This document shows, piece by piece, positions 30,992 through 39,994 of a stretch of DNA of 64,000 nucleotides. The notes beneath the pieces were generated by a model, which was not told where the DNA came from, made no database searches, and saw nothing but the letters and a program-made list of their open reading frames with translations. The translations under genes and the position numbers were made by a program. Source of the stretch: an uncultured Chloroflexia bacterium (GTDB lineage: Bacteria; Chloroflexota; Anaerolineae; Anaerolineales; UBA4823); assembly GCA_963751425.1 (NCBI GenBank), contig CAVVUF010000002.1, forward strand, positions 1,790,717-1,854,716, in the 5' to 3' direction. Positions within the stretch are counted from its first letter, which is position 1, and each line of letters opens with the position of its first letter.

Positions 30992-33010
30992 ATGTTGTGG
31001 CAGTTTCTCATCGTTGTGGTATTGATCGTGGCACTGCTGGCGGTTCTATCGACCCTCATCGGCGTCCGCTTCATCCCAAACAATCGGATTGGCATAGTTG
31101 AAAAGCGCTTCAGCGGGAAAGGATCGCTTAAATCCGGATTCATCGCCCTGAAAGGGGAGGCAGGTTACCAACCCAATTTACTTCGCGGCGGTTTGCACTA
31201 CCTGGCCCCGATCCAATACGTGGTGCACATCGAGCCGCTGGTGACGATTACCCAGGGCAAGATTGGCTACATCTTCGCACGGGATGGGACTCCCCTGGAA
31301 CCTGACCAAACCCTGGCTTCCAACGTGCAGGCGAGCGATTTTCAGGATGTGGAGGCTTTTCTAAAAAACGGCGGGCAGCGCGGTCCGCAGCGGCGAGTAC
31401 TGCGTGAAGGCACCTATGCCATCAACCTGGTGCACTTCGTGGTGATCACCGAGGAAAAGGTATACAGCCTGCCTATGAACCGCGACGAAGCACAGGTGAT
31501 CCAGCGCATGGCGGAGGTAATTGCCGAGCGTAAGGGCTTCCGCGCCGTGGTGATCAAGGATACCGATGACCTGGTTGGCATCGTCACGGTCCACGACGGG
31601 CCTTCGCTGGCACAGGGAGAGATCATCGCCCCGATCGTGGGCGAGAATCCGGCTGATCCGGAGACTTTCCATAATAATTTCCAGAATCCCGACCACTTCC
31701 TGGCGGCGGGAGGCAACCGTGGACGCCAGCTGCAGGTGCTGGTCGAAGGCACTTATTACATCAACCGCTTGTTTGCGACGGTTGAAATGATCCCCAAGAC
31801 CACGGTCGATGTGGGTATGGTGGGTGTGGTGGTGTCATATACTGGTGGGGCGGGAGCGGACCTTTCGGGGACCGATTACCGCCACGGTGAGCTGGTGGAG
31901 CGCGGCAAGCAAGGCGTGTGGAGCGAGCCGTTGCTGCCCGGTAAGTATGCTTTCAATACTTATGCTGGAAAAGTGATCACTGTGCCGACTACGAACATCA
32001 TCTTGAAGTGGATCAGGGCAGAGATTGGTTCTCATAAATTAGACGAGAATTTAAGCGAGATCTCTTTGATCACCAAGGATGCTTTCGAACCCTCGCTGCC
32101 GCTTTCGGTGGTGATCCACATTGATTACCAAAAGGCTCCCCTGGTGATCCAGCGCTTCGGAGATGTAAAACGCCTGGTAGAACAGACCCTCGATCCGATG
32201 GTTTCGGCGTACTTCAAGAACATCGGGCAGACGCGCACCGTGATCCAGCTCATCCAGGAGCGCTTCCAGATCCAGGCGCAAGCCAGCCAGGAGATGAAGG
32301 AGAAGTTTGAGCACTATAATTTGAAGCTCGAGGAAGTGCTGATTGGCACACCTTCCTCACCGGAGGGGGATCGGGCGATTGAGACGATCCTGATGCAGCT
32401 CAGGCAGCGCCAGATCGCTGTCGAGCAGATCGAAACCTACAACCGCCAGCAGAGCGCCGCGACCAAAGAGCGGGAGCTGCGCGAGGCAGAGGCGCGCGCC
32501 CAGCAACAGCGCAGCATCACCGAATCGGAGCTGAGCATTACCGTGCAGACCAACCAGGGTAAGGCGGAGTACCAGCGTGCCCTGCAGCAGGCAGCCCAGA
32601 TCAAAGCGCTCGCCCAGGCGGAAGCGGAGAAGGTGGCGCGCGTGGGTATCGCCCAGGCGCTGGCGACCGAGGAACAGGTGCGCGCTTACGGCGGCCCACA
32701 GTTCCAGGTGACCCAGCAGGTGATGAACCGCTTTGCAGAAGCCATCCAACAGGCAGGCGTGGATGTGGTGCCGCGCGTGGTGGTGAGCGGAGGCAGCCAG
32801 GATGGCAGCACAACCAACGGCAGCATCATGGAAGGGTTGTTGACCATGCTGCTCTCTGAGAAAGCCGGCGTCAATATTAACAGCCCTGCTGGCACTACCC
32901 GTTCGCCGGAGGTGGAATCCCTGCGTGAGCAGATCAAGCAGAGCCTGCAGAATCAGCCGAAGAGCGAACAACCAGCAGCAACAGGAGAAACCCCAGCACC
33001 GATGCCGTAA
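30992..33010 (+). CDS. Flotillin-like SPFH/band-7 protein (YqiK/FloT-type) with a long coiled-coil C-terminal region
   Basis: N-terminal TM 'FLIVVVLIVALLAVLSTLIGV', SPFH core, then a long E/A/Q/R-rich coiled coil ('AEARAQQQRSITESELSI...'). AGGAGG RBS 6 nt before ATG 30992. Confidence 0.7.
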   Translation: MLWQFLIVVVLIVALLAVLSTLIGVRFIPNNRIGIVEKRFSGKGSLKSGFIALKGEAGYQPNLLRGGLHYLAPIQYVVHIEPLVTITQGKIGYIFARDGTPLEPDQTLASNVQASDFQDVEAFLKNGGQRGPQRRVLREGTYAINLVHFVVITEEKVYSLPMNRDEAQVIQRMAEVIAERKGFRAVVIKDTDDLVGIVTVHDGPSLAQGEIIAPIVGENPADPETFHNNFQNPDHFLAAGGNRGRQLQVLVEGTYYINRLFATVEMIPKTTVDVGMVGVVVSYTGGAGADLSGTDYRHGELVERGKQGVWSEPLLPGKYAFNTYAGKVITVPTTNIILKWIRAEIGSHKLDENLSEISLITKDAFEPSLPLSVVIHIDYQKAPLVIQRFGDVKRLVEQTLDPMVSAYFKNIGQTRTVIQLIQERFQIQAQASQEMKEKFEHYNLKLEEVLIGTPSSPEGDRAIETILMQLRQRQIAVEQIETYNRQQSAATKERELREAEARAQQQRSITESELSITVQTNQGKAEYQRALQQAAQIKALAQAEAEKVARVGIAQALATEEQVRAYGGPQFQVTQQVMNRFAEAIQQAGVDVVPRVVVSGGSQDGSTTNGSIMEGLLTMLLSEKAGVNINSPAGTTRSPEVESLREQIKQSLQNQPKSEQPAATGETPAPMP

Positions 33011-33240
33011 AGTGAGAAGACCCTCACCCCTGACCCCTCACCCCGAATTGAGCGCTGCTCGATCCCCCTCTCCCAGGTTTGGGAGAGGGGAAAATCTCAC
33101 CTTTCACCCCCGAAACGAGTTATGCACGATCCCCATCTTCCAATTCTGGGAGATGGGGATCTTTATATCCCGAAAACTCGACGTGGGGATGAGGAGTGGC
33201 TCTGTTGTATAATTCTTCACAAAGAAGGCGAGGGTTCCTG

Positions 33241-33918
33241 ATGCCAGATTTTGTGTATATTTACAATCACAAGGCTGACCTATACCAGCAGATGGTGGCT
33301 TGCGAGGACTACCAGGGCAATCTGCTGCCAGCCATCCAGGCCATCCTGCCACTGGAAGGGTTGGATATCCTAGAAACGGGCGCGGGCACAGGGCGGCTGA
33401 CGAGTTTGCTGGCGCCAGAAGCACACACCATATGCGCCTTTGATCTTTCGCTGCACATGCTCAAGGTGGCGCGTTTGCGTATAGCTGAACATGGCTTCAA
33501 GCATGTCCATCTCGCGGCTGCTGACCACCGCTATCTACCCGCAGCGGAAGCGAGTGCGGATCTGCTGTTGGCGGGCTGGAGCCTGTGCTATGTCTACCTG
33601 GAAAGGGGATCCGAGTGGCGCAGCGTGCTGAAGCAGACGCTGGCCAGTTTCCGGCGCTGCTTGCGACGGAGGGGAAAGCTGATCGTGATCGAGACACTGG
33701 GCACCGGCTTTGAAGAGCCCCAGCGCCTGCTGCTCTTGCGCGAATACCTGGAATTTTTGGAAGACTGTGGTTTCAAGATGAATTGGGTACGCACCGATTA
33801 TCGCTTTGAATCCTTGCAGCAGGCGCGCGATCGGATCCCCTTCTTCTTCGGCGAAGAAATGCTGGAGAAGCTGCAAGGAAACATTTTGCCAGAATGCACC
33901 GGGTTGTGGTGGCAGTAG
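33241..33918 (+). CDS. Class I SAM-dependent methyltransferase
   Basis: Motif I 'ILETGAGTGRLTSLLA', post-I acidic 'AFDLS', motif II region 'ADLLLAGWSL'. Confidence 0.65.
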   Translation: MPDFVYIYNHKADLYQQMVACEDYQGNLLPAIQAILPLEGLDILETGAGTGRLTSLLAPEAHTICAFDLSLHMLKVARLRIAEHGFKHVHLAAADHRYLPAAEASADLLLAGWSLCYVYLERGSEWRSVLKQTLASFRRCLRRRGKLIVIETLGTGFEEPQRLLLLREYLEFLEDCGFKMNWVRTDYRFESLQQARDRIPFFFGEEMLEKLQGNILPECTGLWWQ

Positions 33919-33937
33919 AGACTCAAAAGGAGGCTTA

Positions 33938-35506
33938 ATGGATGATTTTTTGTGGTGGCGGGATGGAGTGATCTACCAGATCTACCCGCGTTCGTTTATG
34001 GACACGAACGGGGATGGGTTGGGCGACCTGCCAGGGATTCTAGGGCGGCTGGATTATTTGCAGGAGCTGGGTGTAGATGCGATCTGGCTCTCACCCTTCT
34101 ACCCCACCCCTGATAACGACTTCGGCTACGATATCAGCGATTACACAGCCGTGGACGCGCGCTTTGGGACGCTGGAGGACTTCGACCGGCTGGTGGAGGG
34201 GGCGCACAAGCGCGGCATCCGGGTGGTGTTGGATATGGTGCTGAACCACACCTCCAACCAGCATCCCTGGTTCCAGGAGGCACGCCGCAGCCGGACCGAC
34301 CCACGCCGTGACTGGTACATCTGGCGTGACCAACCCAATAATTGGCAGGCTGTCTTTGGCGGACCGGCCTGGGAATGCGATCCTTTGACCGGCCAGTACT
34401 ACCTGCATCTCTTCACGACAGAACAGCCGGACTTGAACTGGCGTAACCCGCAGGTGCGGAGGACCGTGCTGGATGTATTTCGCTTCTGGTTGGAGCGCGG
34501 TGCGGACGGCTTCCGCCTGGATGTGTTCAATGCCTATTTCAAGCATCCCGATCTGCTGGATAACCCGACGAAGCTTGGGCTGGTTGGCTTCCAGCGGCAG
34601 CGGCACCTCTATGATATCGACCAGCCGGAGATGATGCCGCTGCTAAAGGAGCTGCGCAGCCTGTTGGATGCCTATCCGGAGCGCTACGCGGTGGGCGAAA
34701 CTTTCCTGGCGTCCCCAGAGAAAACGGTTTCTTACTGTGGAGGTGATAAGCTGCATGCGGCCTTCAGCTTCGATTTCACTGCATCCAATTTGGTTTTTCC
34801 CTGGAAGGCGAGCTGGGTGAAGGAAAAGATCTTGAGCCGGGAAAAGGTCTTCAGTACCACCGGTGCCTGGCCAACGACGGTGATGAGCAACCATGACCTG
34901 CCACGCGCTGCCAGCCGTTACGGAAAGGATGGGGAGGACGCCCAGGCTTTCATCGCCATGACCCTTCTGCTCACTTTGCGCGGGACGCCTTTCTTGTATT
35001 ACGGCGAGGAGATCGGCATGCGCGACATTTCCCTGAAGCGCAGCGAAATCCTGGATCCTCCCGGAAAGAAATTCTGGCCATTCTACAAAGGACGAGATGG
35101 CTGCCGCGCCCCGATGCAGTGGGATGCCTCGCCTAATGGAGGTTTCTCGAGTGCCCGCCCCTGGCTGCCAGTGCATTCTGATTACACCACCCGCAATGTG
35201 GAGGCGCAGCGCCAGGACTCCGGCTCGCTGTTCAACTTCACGAAGAAGCTGCTGGCTCTGCGCAAAGAGCTGCCTGCCCTGTGCCGCGGGGATCTGGCCT
35301 TCCTGGATGGTATGCCGCGGGAGGTGCTGGCATTCCTGCGTGAAACCCCTGAGCAAAGCGTGCTGGCGGCAGTGAACTTTGGAAAAGCTCCTGCCAGCTT
35401 CCAGCTCCCACCGGGAAGGTGGGAAGTTGTTTTAGCCAGCGGGCAGGCAGGCGCTCCTGGCAGCCTGGCAGCGGGGCAGGCGGCCGTGTTGGTCATGAGG
35501 GTGTGA
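33938..35506 (+). CDS. GH13 alpha-glucosidase / oligo-1,6-glucosidase
   Basis: 'WWRDGVIYQIYPRSFMDTNGDGLGDLPGI..LDYLQELGVDAIWLSPFY', 'GFRLDV' (catalytic Asp region), 'VLDMVLNHTS'. GGAGG RBS before ATG 33938. The ORF track start 33806 overlaps the upstream gene and is not supported. Confidence 0.85.
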   Translation: MDDFLWWRDGVIYQIYPRSFMDTNGDGLGDLPGILGRLDYLQELGVDAIWLSPFYPTPDNDFGYDISDYTAVDARFGTLEDFDRLVEGAHKRGIRVVLDMVLNHTSNQHPWFQEARRSRTDPRRDWYIWRDQPNNWQAVFGGPAWECDPLTGQYYLHLFTTEQPDLNWRNPQVRRTVLDVFRFWLERGADGFRLDVFNAYFKHPDLLDNPTKLGLVGFQRQRHLYDIDQPEMMPLLKELRSLLDAYPERYAVGETFLASPEKTVSYCGGDKLHAAFSFDFTASNLVFPWKASWVKEKILSREKVFSTTGAWPTTVMSNHDLPRAASRYGKDGEDAQAFIAMTLLLTLRGTPFLYYGEEIGMRDISLKRSEILDPPGKKFWPFYKGRDGCRAPMQWDASPNGGFSSARPWLPVHSDYTTRNVEAQRQDSGSLFNFTKKLLALRKELPALCRGDLAFLDGMPREVLAFLRETPEQSVLAAVNFGKAPASFQLPPGRWEVVLASGQAGAPGSLAAGQAAVLVMRV

Positions 35507-35732
35507 GTTCACTTTTTATGTTTTGCTGACAAACTAACGCACGGTATTGTTGACAATTTAGAAAAATCCTGGTACTATTTTTACAGTCGGATGCTAGTGT
35601 GTTACCGTTGGATGTAGTAAGAACTAAATACAAGCCCAAAGCGATCTGCTAAGGGCTAGTTTTCGTTGGCTGCACCGATGGGACGTGTAAGCATCAAAGA
35701 ATTATTCAATTTTACAAGGAGTTAAAAAGGAA

Positions 35733-35945
35733 ATGTCTGAACGTATCGTCGGTACAGTCAAATGGTTCAACAGCAGCAAAGGATATGGTTTCCTGTCTCG
35801 CGAAGATGGTCCAGATGTCTTTGTCCACTTCTCAGCAATTCAATCCCAGGGTTATCGCACTCTGGCAGAAGGTCAAAAAGTGGAGTTCACTGTCGAGAAT
35901 GGACCCAAAGGTCTGCAGGCTTCTAACGTGGTGCTAATCCCTTAA
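35733..35945 (+). CDS. csp: Cold-shock protein (CspA family)
   Basis: '[31 protein letters not shown]' with RNP1/RNP2 motifs; 70 aa. Confidence 0.9.
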   Translation: MSERIVGTVKWFNSSKGYGFLSREDGPDVFVHFSAIQSQGYRTLAEGQKVEFTVENGPKGLQASNVVLIP

Positions 35946-35967
35946 ATTTTCTTATACCTAAATGACA

Positions 35968-35991
35968 TCACCCCGGTCGAAGCACCGGGGT
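35968..35991 (+). terminator. Rho-independent terminator-like hairpin downstream of csp
   Basis: Perfect 9-bp stem CACCCCGGT / ACCGGGGTG with a 6-nt loop, followed by an A/T-rich stretch. Confidence 0.55.
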
Positions 35992-36063
35992 GAATTAATT
36001 TAATTAAGGCTGAATAGAGGATATTTATTTTGGCAAGCTTTTACATTGTAAAAATAGAAATCG

Positions 36064-36396
36064 TTAGCCTTTTATTTCGAGAACATTTAAGGCTGATTTT
36101 GCTGAGGCGACTTGTTCTGGTTGCCACCCCAATTCAGTACTCATCCGTCTTAAATGGTTAATGACAGCCTCTTTACCTTCTTTATCGAGGGAAGTAAATG
36201 CCTCAACTATCAGGTCGGCCTGGCGGGATAATAATGCATCCCAAAGCTTTTCCAATTCATCTTGAGCTTGTTCCATAAATAGGCGGTATCCCAAAAAATG
36301 CCGGTTGGGCGTTAAGGTCAAGCCGTAAGTGTATATTCGATCCAGAGATGATCTGGAGAGTCGTCTACCTTGATCGCTCCTATAAAGGCTTTCCAT
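36064..36396 (-). CDS. Small alpha-helical ORF; either a separate gene or the frameshifted C-terminal extension of the MBL-fold protein
   Basis: Overlaps the 3' end of 36318..37808 by 78 nt in another frame. The translation is protein-like ('...EQAQDELEKLWDALLSRQADLIVEAFTSLDKEGKEAVINHL...'). Confidence 0.3.
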   Translation of the reverse strand: MESLYRSDQGRRLSRSSLDRIYTYGLTLTPNRHFLGYRLFMEQAQDELEKLWDALLSRQADLIVEAFTSLDKEGKEAVINHLRRMSTELGWQPEQVASAKSALNVLEIKG

Positions 36397-37808
36397 TGGT
36401 CATTTGAAATGAGATTGCCCTTAGGCATATCTGGGACTTGGGGAGGAACATTGGGATCAGGACCACTTCCAGATGGTTCTTCAATGTTGGTAATGATCCG
36501 ACCTTTTGTCCGTTGTTGTAATAGCTGGGAAAGAATTGAGGCTGGCATCTTCCAATGCTTGCTTTTTGCTTTTTCTATGTCTACTGGGATCATCGCAATC
36601 AAATCATCCGCATTCATTGCTAATAAACCACCCTCTAATTGGGTTGCATTGTGACTACCGTGATGACCCACCTTATAGAATGTGGTTCGATTCAGGATAT
36701 CTTTTCCAGTCGGAGATCCAGTCCAAGATTTCCAGTTACCGTATTGTGCATCAGCCGCGAAAAGTAAGATTTTCTTGTTTGGAAGCATTTCAAAAGCAAG
36801 CACCAGGCTTGTGTTGTTGATATCATTATCAAGATCCAGCGCTAATGAACCTGCTCCGCCTAACCAATCCGTATCAATCCGGCGCCAATCCAGCTCAGGA
36901 TTTGGCGATGTATCTGTGCCATAATAATTTTTGTAAAATACTTGAGTTGGATCTTGGGATACGTCATCTATTGGAAAGCCGAGTGAAGTATCAAAAGGCA
37001 GGCTTAAGTTGACTAACTCTTTCAGATCACTCTTAGTCAAACCTTCTGGAAGCCTTCCATTTTGGGTTCGGTTTCCTAATTGAAGAACTGCAGTGGTGAA
37101 AGCGGTTGATTGATTGACAGCTTGTCCACGGTCGAGCTGATTTTTAGTCTTAGGCGGATCGCTACGTTTCAGCGCTTGAAGATCTTTGGGGGGAGCAAGG
37201 ACATGCACCAGTACATCATCCAATCCTTCTAAAGGAAGAACAGTTGTCGGGCCATTCACATCTGGTTGAGGAGCCAGGTATAACTGCTTATTTCCCCAGC
37301 CTTTCACCACATCCATGGCTCCGGGTATTAGAAAATCTTGCAGCTCCTGATAACTCTCGTATTGCTCGCCTTTCTTTTTTAATTCCTCTAAAGCGATATC
37401 TAGAGTTTGAGCGGCTATTTTCCAGTAAGCCCGAAATGTCTCTTTTACATCTGGATCGTCTTTATTTTCTGTCCAAGGCATCCAAACTTGGTTAATCTTG
37501 AAATTCTTTTTAAAAAGGCTCTCATGGAAAACAAATCCAGAAAGATGGTCGGCGTGTTCATGAGTTACAGCGAGCACATGCAGACGTCCGCGAGTAGTAC
37601 TCCGAATATCTTTGACAATTTTCTCGAGGCGGTCTTTTTCTCCCGCTGTTTTCTGGAGAACCCCACAATCAATTAATACATACCGAGTAATCGAGCCTTT
37701 CTTAAATTTTAATAAGAAACAGTCACCCAATCCAGGACGGTACATCCGTATGGAAACCTGCAATTTAGAAGAAGAAGTGGGTGTTGTGGATGATGTCTGG
37801 TTGCTCAT
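36318..37808 (-). CDS. Metallo-beta-lactamase-fold hydrolase with a long C-terminal region of unknown function
   Basis: 'YVLIDCGV' and 'HVLAVTHEHADHLSGF' (HxHxDH zinc motif), later 'KVGHHGSHN'. About 496 aa. Start overlaps the upstream gene stop (ATGA at 37805-37808). Confidence 0.7.
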   Translation of the reverse strand: MSNQTSSTTPTSSSKLQVSIRMYRPGLGDCFLLKFKKGSITRYVLIDCGVLQKTAGEKDRLEKIVKDIRSTTRGRLHVLAVTHEHADHLSGFVFHESLFKKNFKINQVWMPWTENKDDPDVKETFRAYWKIAAQTLDIALEELKKKGEQYESYQELQDFLIPGAMDVVKGWGNKQLYLAPQPDVNGPTTVLPLEGLDDVLVHVLAPPKDLQALKRSDPPKTKNQLDRGQAVNQSTAFTTAVLQLGNRTQNGRLPEGLTKSDLKELVNLSLPFDTSLGFPIDDVSQDPTQVFYKNYYGTDTSPNPELDWRRIDTDWLGGAGSLALDLDNDINNTSLVLAFEMLPNKKILLFAADAQYGNWKSWTGSPTGKDILNRTTFYKVGHHGSHNATQLEGGLLAMNADDLIAMIPVDIEKAKSKHWKMPASILSQLLQQRTKGRIITNIEEPSGSGPDPNVPPQVPDMPKGNLISNDQWKAFIGAIKVDDSPDHLWIEYTLTA

Positions 37809-39790
37809 TCCTTTTCTCCTTCCATTTCATCACGGTGAAGCAATGCAAAGATCTCAAAGGATTCTGAAACTTCGCCCAACGCCTTCCGGTATGGATCACC
37901 AAAGTAGGTGGCCTGGAGCGAAGGGACTTGGCCTCCTTCTAAAATATAACGACGGAGAGCTTCAAGTCGTCTCTGGCTTGTTACCGATTTTCCGATCACG
38001 TAACGAACTTTACCACTTTCCAACGAGATGAGGAAAGTGACTCCTCCTCGAAATAGAAAATCCGCGGTGGGTGGGGAGATTTTCCCGGCCTCCACTTGGT
38101 TCTGTATGTTTGGATCAATATAACCACGCCGTGCCTGGCTTACTTCAACAACAAGGTCAGGCTGGCTGTATTGGTTTTGACTGACCCGATAAGCAAGGCG
38201 GACAGAATTTACTTTGAATGGTAAACCATCCGGATAAAGAACAAGGCTTGGCGAAGGATGCCAGAGTACCAAACGGAGCGATTCTTCGAAATTGTAAAGA
38301 TCCTCAGTGGATAACCTGGCAGTAGATTTAAGATAATTTGAGAGGTCTTTATTCAACCAGCTTTGGAACAGGTTCGCGCAACTAGAGTTGCTTTCGTACA
38401 ACTGCTTTCGGATTTCAATTGCTCTGTCTTCTCTGGATCGATTTACACTCGAACGAGCTACAGTTTCATATTCCTGCATTTTCCGTAAAATTTTGGGAGA
38501 AGAGAAGAAATCACTGATTAATTCCCCGCCTCCACTCGGTGGTCGCCACAGCAAGCTTTCTTCAGATAGGCTGCGTACTTTATCAGGGTATATACCGTAG
38601 CGGCGGAAAGACTCCATCAAGGCAATCCGGTAACCATCAGGGTCCGAAGGGGAGACATCATAATCGGCTGTCATTAAAGCGCGCAGGTATTCTCCAAAAG
38701 TGATATCGACAACGGGAGAATAATCCAGAGCGCGAATGCACATTGTAAGAAGGTGCTGTGAAATTTGCGCAGCTTCCTCAGCCATACGGGTGACCAGGTC
38801 AGGATGAATAGCACCAGGAAGAAGGATCCCAGTACCTCCAGTGGCAATACGTAGGAGATCGGCGATACGAATTTTATAAACAGTCAGGAAGGCATCAAAT
38901 ATTGCTGCCACAAGGATTGATCCGCGTTGGTGAGGCTCTATTGTCTTGGAAAGCAGTGAAGGATCGGCTTTTTCCCCGATTGCACTTCGTAGCGCTCGCC
39001 GGTTGCCAATAGCCTGACCGAATTGCTGCGCCAACTCAGCAAGTAAATTATCGCTGGAAAGGTCTCCTCGTGTGCGTGCAATTTGGTGATAGAGCACTTG
39101 GGGGTATGAAAAATGCTGGAACAGGGCAATGAGATCGGCAAAAGCTTCATGGAAGGCTAAGACATCTGTATTGCTTGGAGTATTGAAATTTGGATGGATA
39201 CCATCTAGAAGAGCATGGGTAACCTCATGGGCAATGATATCGTGGGATAGGCACGTGAAGACAATGCTGCCAGGTAAGATCTTGCTGTCGATATCGCCGG
39301 AGGCGGGAAAATACCCAAACAAGATTGCCTTCTTCACTGGGCTGTAATAGGCATTCGCTTCCCGTAATGCGTGTGGATAAAGTCGCAGCCTGGGAACATA
39401 TTTCCCCTCACCGTTTACCTCTTGAGGGGACCAAAGTACAGGCCTGCTCAAGGCTTCTTCGAAGTTCGCAATGGTTCTACTGGCTACGGCATAAACCATT
39501 TGTTGGTGGAACTGAGGCGTACCTTCGGAAGGGGTCAGGCCTCCTTGTGCTAATAAAAACTTGTGATCTAGATTGACCGGTGGGTAAAACATATTGGATG
39601 GTGGATCGACATCGACTACTTCAAGGTATTCACCGACGGGTCCTGGGTCTAATTCCTCCCACGGGATATTTAGTGAAAGTTGATTGATCGTTGCAGCTTC
39701 TAACTCCAGGTTTAGACTTGGATCAAATGCAAAAACATTGAGCTGCCGAGATTTTGGACGTTGAGGCAAGAAATTTACATCACTAGACAT
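37805..39790 (-). CDS. Thermolysin-like (gluzincin) HExxH zinc metallopeptidase-domain protein, 661 aa
   Basis: 'IIAHEVTHALL', then 18 aa, then 'AFHEAFADLIALF' (compare thermolysin HELTH...NEAISD). No signal peptide. Translationally coupled to the MBL gene. Confidence 0.6.
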   Translation of the reverse strand: MSSDVNFLPQRPKSRQLNVFAFDPSLNLELEAATINQLSLNIPWEELDPGPVGEYLEVVDVDPPSNMFYPPVNLDHKFLLAQGGLTPSEGTPQFHQQMVYAVASRTIANFEEALSRPVLWSPQEVNGEGKYVPRLRLYPHALREANAYYSPVKKAILFGYFPASGDIDSKILPGSIVFTCLSHDIIAHEVTHALLDGIHPNFNTPSNTDVLAFHEAFADLIALFQHFSYPQVLYHQIARTRGDLSSDNLLAELAQQFGQAIGNRRALRSAIGEKADPSLLSKTIEPHQRGSILVAAIFDAFLTVYKIRIADLLRIATGGTGILLPGAIHPDLVTRMAEEAAQISQHLLTMCIRALDYSPVVDITFGEYLRALMTADYDVSPSDPDGYRIALMESFRRYGIYPDKVRSLSEESLLWRPPSGGGELISDFFSSPKILRKMQEYETVARSSVNRSREDRAIEIRKQLYESNSSCANLFQSWLNKDLSNYLKSTARLSTEDLYNFEESLRLVLWHPSPSLVLYPDGLPFKVNSVRLAYRVSQNQYSQPDLVVEVSQARRGYIDPNIQNQVEAGKISPPTADFLFRGGVTFLISLESGKVRYVIGKSVTSQRRLEALRRYILEGGQVPSLQATYFGDPYRKALGEVSESFEIFALLHRDEMEGEKE

Positions 39791-39994
39791 GGAAGCCTTC
39801 CTAATCCAATCTTTTTCACTGCTGCGGTTTTTCTCATTCTTAAGCTATCTGTATTTTAGAGTATTCTTCTCCGAAATGCAAGGTTGATTTCCTTCGGTTA
39901 GAATACTTGTGAAATTATGACATTGGAAATAAAATATACCTTATAATTAAGAGAAATATTATCCTGATAAACCGTATATACTGGAGGCATATTT

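Noticed and set aside
33806-33937. Long N-terminal extension of the GH13 glucosidase overlapping the methyltransferase
   Set aside because: Arg/Cys-rich and out of character. A GGAGG RBS precedes ATG 33938, which starts the conserved GH13 N-terminus.
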